Shown here piece by piece: positions 19,490-29,050 of a stretch of DNA of 64,000 bases. The notes beneath the pieces are model-generated. The model was not told the origin of the DNA and did not search any database. It saw nothing but the letters and a program-made list of their open reading frames with translations. The stretch is from the NCBI GenBank assembly GCA_965248755.1, contig OZ252149.1:1792001-1856000 (forward strand), read 5' to 3'. Position numbers and translations under genes: made by a program. This DNA is from Candidatus Latescibacterota bacterium (GTDB lineage: Bacteria > Latescibacterota > CBDEFO01). Positions within the stretch are counted from its first letter, which is position 1, and every line of letters starts with the position of its first letter.

Positions 19490-19867
19490 ATGGAGTCTAC
19501 GATGATGCAGGGTTTAATGGGACATGCGTTGTGGGTAAAAATCTGGATGGGCTGGATGATGGTGATAAACCTAATGCCTTTTCTTTTTCTGCGCCACAGG
19601 GAAGCCCGGTGGACTCTGGCTGCCTTCGTTGCTAGCTTCATCAGCATGAACCTCCTGGCCGAGATGAACGGCTTCAACCGACTGCTCGGAATTGCCCATA
19701 TTATTTGGTGGACTCCCCTTGTCATCTATCTGTTCCGGCGCCGTAAAGAGCTGGACTATAACACCTTGTTCAGCAGGTTGGTCATAGTGCTGCTCATCAC
19801 CAACACGGCTTCCCTGGTCATTGACTATGTGGACGTTATCCGTTTTGTGATAGGAGACCGAAGCTGA
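19490..19867 (+). CDS. Hypothetical 4-TM membrane protein
   Basis: Four hydrophobic segments; RLLGIAHIIWWTPL and SLVIDYVDVIR motifs. Confidence 0.75.
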   Translation: MESTMMQGLMGHALWVKIWMGWMMVINLMPFLFLRHREARWTLAAFVASFISMNLLAEMNGFNRLLGIAHIIWWTPLVIYLFRRRKELDYNTLFSRLVIVLLITNTASLVIDYVDVIRFVIGDRS

Positions 19868-20056
19868 GAGATTCGTTAGGGTCGTGAAGTTTTTTCTTTG
19901 ATAGTAGCGACTCATAACCGTCCTGATCAATCAATAGGACTAAACTCCCTGCTACCACATGTATTACAACATTTAGCATTATCTTAATTATTTAGTCGAA
20001 GCGAAGATTGCTGAGGGTCTCAAGCTGCTGGCTGGTGACGCGGATCCCGGTTTTGC

Positions 20057-20131
20057 TTCCCCGAGGCGTATCGCAAGGTATTCGTGCCACCAACGGTTTG
20101 GAGCGCTTCAATCGGGAATTGGCGACGCACC
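20057..20131 (+). mobile_element. IS256-family transposase remnant
   Basis: FPEAYRK/IRATNGLERFNREL/RRT across frameshifts matches the IS256 C-terminal signature. Confidence 0.65.
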
Positions 20132-20229
20132 GATCCATGAAAGTTGCAATCAGGAGTAATTTATCTTATATTCTTGATTGAAGGATAAAGTCACACTTTC
20201 AACATTCATTCAGTACGGGGGCAAATTAG

Positions 20230-20649
20230 ATGGATTTAACTAAAGAATATCCCAGGAGCTCTTATGAGAAGTTAGGACCTTACATATTTTTAGTCCGTAC
20301 GCTCGACAAATGTCGGGCGCACCATGCGGGGAAGTTAGGAGAGTATAAGTACAACTGTCCTTTAGACATAATATTATTCGAATTTCTGGGAATTGACCAC
20401 GAGGAGTTTGCCGAAGCTGCAAAGGAGAGAAAAACAGACGAGGAGATGCTCTCGTGGGTCGATGAGAACGCTGAAAATAAGCACTCCTCGGAAGAGATTG
20501 AGGCCTTCAACAAAAAGTTTCAGGACAGAAGGCCGGATACCCCAGAAAAGCAGGAATATTTCAACGAACGTGTTGCGGAACTCGCTCCAGGGCGGACCGA
20601 TATTGAGACCTGGTTCGATCTTCTGGACACCGATGAAGGACGCATATAG
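20230..20649 (+). CDS. DUF5069-domain protein, copy 2
   Basis: Paralog of 18707-19168, with YNCPLD motif. Confidence 0.85.
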   Translation: MDLTKEYPRSSYEKLGPYIFLVRTLDKCRAHHAGKLGEYKYNCPLDIILFEFLGIDHEEFAEAAKERKTDEEMLSWVDENAENKHSSEEIEAFNKKFQDRRPDTPEKQEYFNERVAELAPGRTDIETWFDLLDTDEGRI

Positions 20650-20865
20650 GTAGTCGCCAGTAAGAGAGACATTCGGTCTAGTTAGACAGTATATAGCTCA
20701 ACCCTGACCATTCTTCCTGAAAAGGGAGAGTTCCTCACTTTGCAGGCGATGCCATTGCCTGCTCTTACCTTTTCTCATTGCGAGGGTTTCTTGCCCCGAC
20801 CTCGAACCAGATGCGAAGCAGAACCAATCTCAACGGGTGAGATGGTCCACCTTTCTACGAATGTA

Positions 20866-22065
20866 TCAGGCATCAGGAGGTCCAATCTCCTGATTCGGAA
20901 AAAGCTTCTGTAGCAAGCCGTTCAGACTGTCTGAGCGGGCATACATAAGCTGATAGTGACCGGGCACTAATCTTTTAGCTATCTCTATGACTTCTCTGCT
21001 GGTGGGATCGGGAGAGAGCACAACAAGTGTATCTTGATGGGAATCTGAGGCCTTAAAGGGGATGACCTTCTTCTGGGTAGACTTTAGTTTTAACTCGTCG
21101 CCGCCGATCTTCATGATTCTCTTTATAAATTCCAGTCTGTCCTTGTCGATCTTCTCGTTTTGAAGCTCCATTCCCTCCACATTTCCCACCCTGGCAAGCT
21201 CTCCGAACACCGCGTGATGGTCAACCCCCATCTCCTCTACGAGTATAGTGCCTATTCTGCGATTCTGTCCATCGCGCACCTGCATTAAGACGGCTTTTTT
21301 TAGGATCTCTTTATCTATGACGTCCTTCTTTAGAAGAGCTTGAGTTAGACCGACCCCGAGCCTTTTCAGTCTCTCCTTTTCTTTTTCCTCCAAAGATGAG
21401 GATTCACCTGTGCGGCTCATCTTGCGTCTCTCTATTTCCGATCTTCTATCTACGTCTGAACGTCCATCTTGCATGTCCCCAGTAAGGGGAAGATCAGATA
21501 TTCTCCTATCCATTTTTCTTCTGTCAATTTCTGATCTCTTCTCTGACTTGCGGCGTTCTTTTTCCGGATCCCAGACCTCTCTTTCTCTTCTCCTCATCAT
21601 AAGCTGTTCCTGCTTGATCCTGTTCTGTTCTTTTTTTTCGCCTATGCCGTTGAATATAAGCTTTATCCCCAGAAGGGCCAAGAACCCGGCGCCGCCTCTA
21701 ACTAAATCCATCCAGTCTACCGAAATTTTGCTGATTGTGAACTGCGGTTGGTAAATCAGCCCAAAATTGATCAAGATAATACAGCCGATGCCTAACATTC
21801 CCAAAAACTCCAGAAAGACGTATTTTCCCACGTTTGCCCTGTTTAGAAAACCTATTATAAAGGCCAGGAACACGGCTGCGAATATTCCTCCTATGATGGC
21901 GGGCTTAAGCTGATACTGAACAAGCACCACACCGCAGGCAGCGATGATGAATAGGACAAAGCTATTGGCAAAGTAGCTCTCAGGGGATGAATGGTACGTT
22001 CTTCTGCGTTTTTCTTCCTCTATGCGAGACTCTATATGTCCGGCTATATCATCGGACCGATTCAT
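20866..22065 (-). CDS. 4-TM membrane protein with (D/E)RR repeats and a C-terminal MshEN/T2SSE_N-like domain
   Basis: ERR/DRR repeats; RLGVGLTQALLKKDVI..EILKKAVLMQ and RIGTILVE; KVIPF...LSPDP. Confidence 0.7.
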   Translation of the reverse strand: MNRSDDIAGHIESRIEEEKRRRTYHSSPESYFANSFVLFIIAACGVVLVQYQLKPAIIGGIFAAVFLAFIIGFLNRANVGKYVFLEFLGMLGIGCIILINFGLIYQPQFTISKISVDWMDLVRGGAGFLALLGIKLIFNGIGEKKEQNRIKQEQLMMRRREREVWDPEKERRKSEKRSEIDRRKMDRRISDLPLTGDMQDGRSDVDRRSEIERRKMSRTGESSSLEEKEKERLKRLGVGLTQALLKKDVIDKEILKKAVLMQVRDGQNRRIGTILVEEMGVDHHAVFGELARVGNVEGMELQNEKIDKDRLEFIKRIMKIGGDELKLKSTQKKVIPFKASDSHQDTLVVLSPDPTSREVIEIAKRLVPGHYQLMYARSDSLNGLLQKLFPNQEIGPPDA

Positions 22066-22100
22066 TTTAGGACTCCAATCTGTAAATTAGAAATTATCCT

Positions 22101-22129
22101 AATATATATCATTTATTTACACTTGTCAA
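22101..22129 (-). promoter_or_regulatory. Sigma70 promoter for the MshEN gene
   Basis: TTGACA-N17-TATATT on the minus strand. Confidence 0.7.
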
Positions 22130-22160
22130 ATATAAAGTTTGTCATCTTCAAATTCTACCC

Positions 22161-22189
22161 TTGACATTCGTTAATAATTTTCATATATT
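22161..22189 (+). promoter_or_regulatory. Divergent sigma70 promoter
   Basis: TTGACA (22161-22166)-N17-TATATT (22184-22189). Confidence 0.75.
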
Positions 22190-22194
22190 AAGTT

Positions 22195-22296
22195 CTGCTG
22201 CGAAAGTGGTCCAAGGAGCGTTGGGGAACGCTCCTTGGACAAGGTAGCTGCTCAGGGCTGTTTAAGACCTCGCGTCTTCAAACAGCCCTGTTTTTG
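22195..22296 (+). ncRNA. Candidate ~100-nt structured small RNA or attenuated leader
   Basis: Promoter, then a perfect 14-bp hairpin GTCCAAGGAGCGTT-GGGG-AACGCTCCTTGGAC, then terminator hairpin CAGGGCTGTTT...AAACAGCCCTG plus T5; no ORF. Confidence 0.55.
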
Positions 22297-22647
22297 CTTT
22301 CCCAGTATATTCCTTAATAGTATAACCTAATTGATGAGTGCCACGATGTCGTGGCACTTAACACCTAATCTATAGTATAGCCTACTCTTCCTGTAATTGC
22401 TGTGGTTTCTATCACTTAAAGATAGATTTTCTGTTCGACCATGCACAAAGCCCTTGCAAACACATGAGTTTTACTATATCTTCATAAGCAGGAAGCCGAT
22501 CCTATCTTATGTATCATTGCGCTCCAATCCAGAAGTAGCGATGGACGAACGTTTAAGTCAAAACTACAGTCTTTAGGAGGAGTTTCTTGGACTTCTGTAA
22601 GGTTTTACGTCTTGAGCATTACGGCCAACTTTTAAGAGGTGACCTAC

Positions 22648-24249
22648 ATGGCTGACAATATAGACCTTCAAAAGATGGTAGAGAGGTTGAACCAGGTCGG
22701 GATCGCCCTCTCTGGCGAACGGAATCTGAACAGGCTTTTGGAAATGATCGTGGATAATGCGAGGGACTTTACGAACGCGGATGGGGGAACCCTCTACCTG
22801 GTTCAGGATAAGGACCTTAAGTTCGAGATTCTTCAGAACGGCACTCTAAACACGAGGATGGGAGGCACAAGCGGACAGGAGATAACCTGGCCGCCTGTGC
22901 CCCTTTACATAGAAGGAAAACCCAACGAGTCGCACGTCTCTGCGAATGTGGCAAACACAGGTGAAGCGGTTAATATTCCGGACGTCTACGAAGCGAAAGG
23001 ATTCGATTTTACAGGGACGAGGAATTTTGACGAGAGCTCCGGCTACAGGTCTAAGTCGATGCTCGTTATGCCTATGAGGAATCATGAGGACGACATAATT
23101 GGAGTGCTTCAACTCCTCAACGCAAAGAACCCCGATACAGAGGAACTTATTCCCTTTTCAAGTGACCTTGAGGATTTAATTTCGTCGTTGGCTTCCCAGG
23201 CGGCTGTGGCGATTACCAACGCAGAGCTTATCCAAGAACTGATGAACCTCTTTGATGCCTTTATAAGATCTATCGCGATGGCTATAGATGAAAAATCAGC
23301 CTATACCGCAGGGCACATAAGCAGGGTCGCTGAGTTGACGATGGCGATAGCCCAAAGGGTAAACGATGTTAAAGATGGACCTTATCAAAATGTTCACTTT
23401 ACCCCCGATCAGATGAACGAGCTAAGGGTCGCGGCGTGGATGCACGACGTAGGCAAGATCACAACGCCTGAGTATGTTGTGGATAAGGCTACCAAGCTTG
23501 CGACTATATTCGACAGGGTGGAGATGGTTAAGACGCGCTATGAGATTCTCAAGCGGGATTTGGAAATTAAGGCCCTAAAGACAAAGCTGGATCTTGTGTT
23601 GAAGGGTAAGAAAGATCCTGATGAACTCAAAAAGAGCGGGCGAGATTTGAAAAAGAGACTGAAGGAGACACAAGAGGAGATAGATTTTATCTTAGAATGC
23701 AATATGGGTGCTGAGTTTATGGAGGAAGAGAATATCCAGAAGCTTGAGACTATCGCAAAGAAGACTTACAAATCTAATGGAAAGAGGGAGCATCTCCTTA
23801 CAGAGGACGAATTGCACAACCTTTCGATAAGGGGCTTTGGGACTCTGACGGATGAGGAGAGGAAAGTTATCGAAAATCACGCCCTGGTGAGCATTAAGAT
23901 GCTCTCCCAACTCCCGTTCCCCAAAAAGCTGAAGAACGTTACCGAATACGCGGGAGGACACCACGAGCGTTTAGACGGGACAGGCTATCCTTTAGGACTT
24001 ACAGCAGAACAGCTCCCGCTCGAGGCTCGGATTATAGCAGTAGCAGATGTCTTCGAAGCGCTAACAGCCGGGGACAGACCGTACAAAAAGGCCAAGAAGC
24101 TCTCCGAGGCCATGCGTATTATCGGGTTTATGGTCAAGGACAATCACATCGATAAGGATGTGGTCGAGCTCTCCTTGAAAGAACATGTCTTTCAGGAGTA
24201 CGCAAAAAACGAAATGGATCCGAGTCAGGTGGATGACATAGAGGTATAG
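22648..24249 (+). CDS. GAF plus HD-GYP cyclic-di-GMP phosphodiesterase
   Basis: ADGGTLYL, GYRSKSMLVMP (GAF); TAGH, MHDVGK, HHERLDGTGYP, ADVFEALT, RPYKK. Confidence 0.93.
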   Translation: MADNIDLQKMVERLNQVGIALSGERNLNRLLEMIVDNARDFTNADGGTLYLVQDKDLKFEILQNGTLNTRMGGTSGQEITWPPVPLYIEGKPNESHVSANVANTGEAVNIPDVYEAKGFDFTGTRNFDESSGYRSKSMLVMPMRNHEDDIIGVLQLLNAKNPDTEELIPFSSDLEDLISSLASQAAVAITNAELIQELMNLFDAFIRSIAMAIDEKSAYTAGHISRVAELTMAIAQRVNDVKDGPYQNVHFTPDQMNELRVAAWMHDVGKITTPEYVVDKATKLATIFDRVEMVKTRYEILKRDLEIKALKTKLDLVLKGKKDPDELKKSGRDLKKRLKETQEEIDFILECNMGAEFMEEENIQKLETIAKKTYKSNGKREHLLTEDELHNLSIRGFGTLTDEERKVIENHALVSIKMLSQLPFPKKLKNVTEYAGGHHERLDGTGYPLGLTAEQLPLEARIIAVADVFEALTAGDRPYKKAKKLSEAMRIIGFMVKDNHIDKDVVELSLKEHVFQEYAKNEMDPSQVDDIEV

Positions 24250-24379
24250 TTTTTCAGATCAAGTTACGGGCCCTCCAAAAGAAACTGACAACAATGTCTG
24301 TTCTACCGAAGAACGTTCTGTGGAATAAGAGATTGAAAATACGATAGATGATAGGGATACTCTTGAACGATAGCTCATA

Positions 24380-27300
24380 ATGTCCATACTCGATACATTC
24401 GTCGCCCTGAGCATCAATACCACCGGCCTGAACCCGCAGGAATCTGAGATCATAGAGATAGGAGCCGTAAAGGTTGAATCAAGCGAGATTGAGGACAAGT
24501 TCAGCCATCTCGTCTCTTCCTCCGGTCCCCGATCCAATCTATCGGGGATTCCCCCAGAGACAGCCCGCGCGATAGACGATGCCGAATTTGTAATCCTGGA
24601 CGTGGAGACGACAGGACTGGACGCCTATTCAGGTGATAGGATATGTGAAATAGGCGCGATTAAACTGCACAAGGATCAGGAGATCGATCAGTTTGGGATG
24701 TTGATCGATCCAGGAAGGCCTATCTCTCAAGAGGCTTTTGATGCAAACCAGATCACCCCCGACATGTTGAAAGATGCTCCTTCAATTGAGCGCGTACTTC
24801 CTGATTTCCTCAAATTTATTGATGATTGTGTCATCGTCGCCTATAACTCCGATTTCGACATGAGCTTTCTCCAGTCTGAACTAAAGCTCTCAGGATATGA
24901 GGCTCTGAACAATACTGTAATAGACTTAATGGCGTTAGCCAAACGTCTTATGCCTCAGACCGGGCGTACTCCGCTTTGGAAAGTAGCCCGGAGCCTGGGT
25001 ATTCCCGCTGAAAATCTGCACCGCGCTCTGCCCGACGCAGAGGTCACTCTGAAGGTATTTCTCCATTTCCTTTCAGTCCTTAAAGCCGACGGGACCAAGA
25101 CAGTAGAGGACATTACATTGGCACTTAATCCACCGTCGGATTTCGAAAGGGATGTGAAGAGGAAGAGCCGTCTGACAGGTATATCCTACGACGATATTAA
25201 AGACGCTCCCCCTCTCAGTGAAGTTCTGGACGACCTCAAGCTCTTTGCAGACGAGCTTCCCATAGTCTCCCACAACGCTCGATTTGTGATGTCCTTCCTC
25301 GACAAGTACAGGTTCGACTGCAGGTTCGACCAGCCGTTCTACGACAGCCTCGAAATTTCAAAGGCTCTCCTCCCCACGGTTACCGATCACAGACTCCCTA
25401 CCCTCGTGCAATTCTTCGGATTAGATTCGGAAGGATCTAAAAGGGCGTTGGACAACGCTGAAGTAACTGCCTCTGTCTTTATGGGTCTTGTAGATAAACT
25501 CAAGGACATGGAATTCGAGATAGTAAAAAAGATGCTGCAGATGATCGCGGGCACGGACTCCAGTCTTAAAGAGATCTTCTCCGAATCCCTCAACAGATCC
25601 GCCAAAGATGTCCTTTCAAGAGCCATAACTACCGAGGGAAGACGTGCAGATCGGAAGGGGGATGCAGAGGATTTGAAAGTGCTTTTCAATATCGGAGGAA
25701 TCTCGACAGATAGAGGTTCACTTGAGGCAGACCTAGATCTCGATCCCCTCGATTCTGAAAATGTCGAAGAGATCTTCAAGGAGGACGGTCCCCTTTCTCA
25801 AGCGATAGAAGGCTACGAAAGGAGAGATCAGCAGGTGGAGATGTCTCAAGCTGTAGCTGACGCCCTTAATGACTCTTCGTTCCTGGCCGCCGAGTCAGGA
25901 ACAGGCACCGGCAAGTCCATGGCTTATCTGATTCCCGCCATCTTCTGGGCAGTATCCAACGGAAAAAGAGTCGTAGTCTCCACAAACACCAAGAACCTGC
26001 AGGAACAACTCTTCTACAAAGACCTCCCTCTCCTGGAGAGAATCCTGGACGTCCCTTTCAGATATTGCCTCTTAAAGGGGAGGTCCAACTACATCTGTCT
26101 AAACAGATGGTACAAAGCCCTCGACCGCATAGAATCTTCGTTTACAGACTACGAGAGGAAAGCCGCTCTGCCCTTAATCCTGTGGGCTGAAGAGACCGAA
26201 ACCGGCGATATAAGTCAAAACACCGCCTTCCAGGCCTGGAGATTCCCTACTCTCTGGAACAAAATCTGCTCCGACGGCGCTTTCTGCAAGGCACAGACGT
26301 GCAGATTCGGCAGGAGATGCTTCGCCACAAATATAAGGAGAGAAGCCCTCAGATCCCACGTTGTAGTGGTCAATCACTCCCTGCTATTCTCCGATATGGT
26401 CTCCGAGAACGCTGTCCTTTCCGAATACGAAGACGTGATATTCGACGAAGCGCACAATGTCGAGAAGGTTGCAACTCAATATCTGGGACGAGAACTCGAT
26501 ATATGGAGGGTCAGGAACCTCTGCGACAGGTTCTATCACAAGGAAAAGAACGAAACAGGCATGATGGTCTCTTTAAGGGACGGACTCAGAACTGCTGACC
26601 TCCAGGATCAGGAACTGAGAGCCTACGATTTCAAAATAGACCGCATAATCGAGGCGACCGCATCCTTCCGGAAGACGGCGCAGGACATCTTTAAAGATAT
26701 GGCGCAAAAGATAGGGGACGAAAGTGGAACAGACGCTTATACCGAGAAGATAAGATACAAAAAGGCGTATAACATCTTTGAGCTCTTGCAAGAGGAGTTA
26801 GACGGATTTGCGGATTCGGGTTACTTTCTGAAGTCAGAAATATCGCAGCTCCTAAACTGGCTCAAAGAGCTACCCGGTGACTCCTTCCCTGCACAGGAGG
26901 AACTCACGCAGGAGTCAGAGGGCCAGAGAGCCGAGATAAACGAGATATTGGACGACTTAGACTTCCTCTTAAAAGCCGAAGACGAAGCTTTTGTCTATTG
27001 GCTTGAACTCCCCAACAAAAAGGATAGTTTCGATGTTAAGATGTGCGCTGCACCGCTCGATATAGCCTCTCACCTCAAGGATCGGCTCTACAAAGGACTC
27101 AATACAGCCATCTTCACCTCAGCCACGATAGCCATACGGGGCAAGTTCAAATATTTTTTGGAGCGATTGGGAATAGACAAGATGGAGGAAGATCGAGTTA
27201 AGACCTTCTGTGTCAGTTCTCCCTTCGACTACGACCGTCAGACACTCGTCTGCATACCCTCATTTTTGCCATCCCCTAAAGAATCCTCTCTGTATCAGGA

Positions 27301-27874
27301 GAGAACATCACTACTTTTGCGAGATCTCTTCACAAAGGCCAAAAGAGGAGCACTGGTCCTCTTCACGTCCTACGGGATGCTCAACAAGATGTACAACGAG
27401 CTTAAAGACCCCTTGGAAGCAGAGGGCATACGCCTCTTAGGACAGGGCATTTCGGGTGCCCGCTCCAACATCACAGAACGATTCAAAGAGGACAAAAGCT
27501 CTGTCCTTTTGGGAACGGACAGCTTCTGGGAGGGAATAGATGTTCCGGGAGAAGCTCTACAGATTTTGGTGCTTACCAGGCTCCCCTTCGCCGTCCCCAC
27601 AGAACCCATTGTAGAAGCTCATATAGAGGAGTTTGAGAAAAAGGGCAAAGACCCGTTCAGATATTACTCTATACCCGAAGCAGCTATAAGATTCCGACAG
27701 GGATTCGGAAGGCTCATCAGGAATAAAGACGACAAAGGGGTTATAGTTATCCTCGACAACAGAGTGATAAAGACCTGGTACGGCAGAGTTTTTTTGGATC
27801 TACTCCCCACAAAATACAGGGTATTCGGCTCGCAGAAGGATATGGTAGAAAAGGTGTGTGAATGGTTCGGCTAA
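24380..27874 (+). CDS. dinG: DinG-family Fe-S helicase with N-terminal DEDDh exonuclease domains
   Basis: GTGTGKS, KGRSNYIC, Cys cluster, DEAH, TSAT, SPFDY, LFTSY, FWEGIDVPG, QGFGRLIR. Confidence 0.93.
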   Translation: MSILDTFVALSINTTGLNPQESEIIEIGAVKVESSEIEDKFSHLVSSSGPRSNLSGIPPETARAIDDAEFVILDVETTGLDAYSGDRICEIGAIKLHKDQEIDQFGMLIDPGRPISQEAFDANQITPDMLKDAPSIERVLPDFLKFIDDCVIVAYNSDFDMSFLQSELKLSGYEALNNTVIDLMALAKRLMPQTGRTPLWKVARSLGIPAENLHRALPDAEVTLKVFLHFLSVLKADGTKTVEDITLALNPPSDFERDVKRKSRLTGISYDDIKDAPPLSEVLDDLKLFADELPIVSHNARFVMSFLDKYRFDCRFDQPFYDSLEISKALLPTVTDHRLPTLVQFFGLDSEGSKRALDNAEVTASVFMGLVDKLKDMEFEIVKKMLQMIAGTDSSLKEIFSESLNRSAKDVLSRAITTEGRRADRKGDAEDLKVLFNIGGISTDRGSLEADLDLDPLDSENVEEIFKEDGPLSQAIEGYERRDQQVEMSQAVADALNDSSFLAAESGTGTGKSMAYLIPAIFWAVSNGKRVVVSTNTKNLQEQLFYKDLPLLERILDVPFRYCLLKGRSNYICLNRWYKALDRIESSFTDYERKAALPLILWAEETETGDISQNTAFQAWRFPTLWNKICSDGAFCKAQTCRFGRRCFATNIRREALRSHVVVVNHSLLFSDMVSENAVLSEYEDVIFDEAHNVEKVATQYLGRELDIWRVRNLCDRFYHKEKNETGMMVSLRDGLRTADLQDQELRAYDFKIDRIIEATASFRKTAQDIFKDMAQKIGDESGTDAYTEKIRYKKAYNIFELLQEELDGFADSGYFLKSEISQLLNWLKELPGDSFPAQEELTQESEGQRAEINEILDDLDFLLKAEDEAFVYWLELPNKKDSFDVKMCAAPLDIASHLKDRLYKGLNTAIFTSATIAIRGKFKYFLERLGIDKMEEDRVKTFCVSSPFDYDRQTLVCIPSFLPSPKESSLYQERTSLLLRDLFTKAKRGALVLFTSYGMLNKMYNELKDPLEAEGIRLLGQGISGARSNITERFKEDKSSVLLGTDSFWEGIDVPGEALQILVLTRLPFAVPTEPIVEAHIEEFEKKGKDPFRYYSIPEAAIRFRQGFGRLIRNKDDKGVIVILDNRVIKTWYGRVFLDLLPTKYRVFGSQKDMVEKVCEWFG

Positions 27875-27902
27875 GCTCGTAACTGAAAAAGGCTCTTTAC
27901 AT

Positions 27903-27986
27903 TAGTAGCACTATTCTATACTCACGAACGGTTTCCAGTCTAGCTATCGTCTGGGGCCGAAGCCCTCTACGTTGTCCAGTACCTCT
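27903..27986 (-). repeat. Degenerate copy of the comEA 3' end (direct repeat of 29043-29126)
   Basis: TAGTAGCACTATT...CTATCGTCT(T)GGGGCCGAAGCCCTC...CCTCT shared over 84 bp. Confidence 0.8.
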
Positions 27987-28114
27987 GCTACAAGAAATTA
28001 CACAGTGTCGTCTGGACTGTGACATAAGTTGTTACAATTAGGTCTTAAATTTCTCAGTTGATACCCAATTAGCGAAATCGAGGTTAGACAATCTGCTACA
28101 GAGGGGGGGTAACA

Positions 28115-28807
28115 ATGACAAAGAGAATTCTTGTTACTGCAATTATTTGTACTTTCATTATCCTGTCACTCGGTACCAGCTACGCCCAGGGATGGTCGTT
28201 TGGCGTAAATGGTGGTATTGCAAAACTAGTAGGCTCTGGAACCGAATTTTGGAATCCGGGATTTTCTGTTGGAAGTAATATCTTTTATCCTGTATCCCCT
28301 GATATTTCATTAGGAGGACGTATTGGTTATGTTAGGTTTACTCCAGATGAAACTGAATTAATAAAATCAGTTTCACCAATTGCTCCATCAATTGCATTGG
28401 ACATCTCTGGTAACGCAACTTTTTTTGAAATTGTTCCATCGATTAGAATATCACCTTCAATTGAAGAAAACCGAGAAGTCAATCTATTTGCTCAAATAGG
28501 ATTAGGCTTCTTTCTGATGAATCTTGACGCGACAGCAAAAACTTCAGCTATAGGCTTAACATATTATGAGTTTATTAAAGATTCAGAAAATAGACTTGGT
28601 CTGAGCTTGGGTGGAGGGCTTACTATGGGGAGGAAGGGAAGTGCACGTTTTGAAATTCTTTCATTATATCATATTACATTTATGGAGAATCAGTTTTTAG
28701 TGGGTGAAAGAACTCAATATTTCTCAGTAAATTTTGGTGTAGTATTTGATCTAGGACAGAAATCCAGAGCTAAAGAGATGGACAGAATGAAGCAGCAACC
28801 ATCGTAG
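28115..28807 (+). CDS. Outer-membrane beta-barrel protein (OmpA-TM/OMP_b-brl-like)
   Basis: Signal peptide ..SYAQ, alternating beta-strands, YFSVNFGVVF; AT-rich. Confidence 0.75.
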   Translation: MTKRILVTAIICTFIILSLGTSYAQGWSFGVNGGIAKLVGSGTEFWNPGFSVGSNIFYPVSPDISLGGRIGYVRFTPDETELIKSVSPIAPSIALDISGNATFFEIVPSIRISPSIEENREVNLFAQIGLGFFLMNLDATAKTSAIGLTYYEFIKDSENRLGLSLGGGLTMGRKGSARFEILSLYHITFMENQFLVGERTQYFSVNFGVVFDLGQKSRAKEMDRMKQQPS

Positions 28808-29011
28808 ACTCTGATTACAAAACCAACTCTTCAGGTTACTGATAAGATTCAACAGGTGCTAAGGATAGGGACACCTAAAGACGCAATAAGGGAGGTTTTA
28901 GGCGAACCTACTAAAATTCAAAAGTTTGGCCCGTGGGAATATTGGTACTACTCAGATTACAAGAAAATTGAATTTAAAGATGATACAGTTACCAGATGGG
29001 AAGGATTTTAG
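28808..29011 (+). pseudogene. In-frame continuation after TAG encoding a BamE/SmpA-like domain
   Basis: 67 further codons: ..IGTPKDAIREVLGEPTKIQKFGPWEYWYYSDYKKIEFKDDTVTRWEGF*. Confidence 0.6.
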
Positions 29012-29050
29012 ATAATAGCAATAGATTTACGCGTGTGCTACATAGTAGCA

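Noticed and set aside
22195..22296. c-di-GMP-I riboswitch or SRP RNA call
   Set aside because: Lacks the GGCAAA/GACGCAAAG core of c-di-GMP-I and the SRP domain IV motif; left as an unassigned candidate
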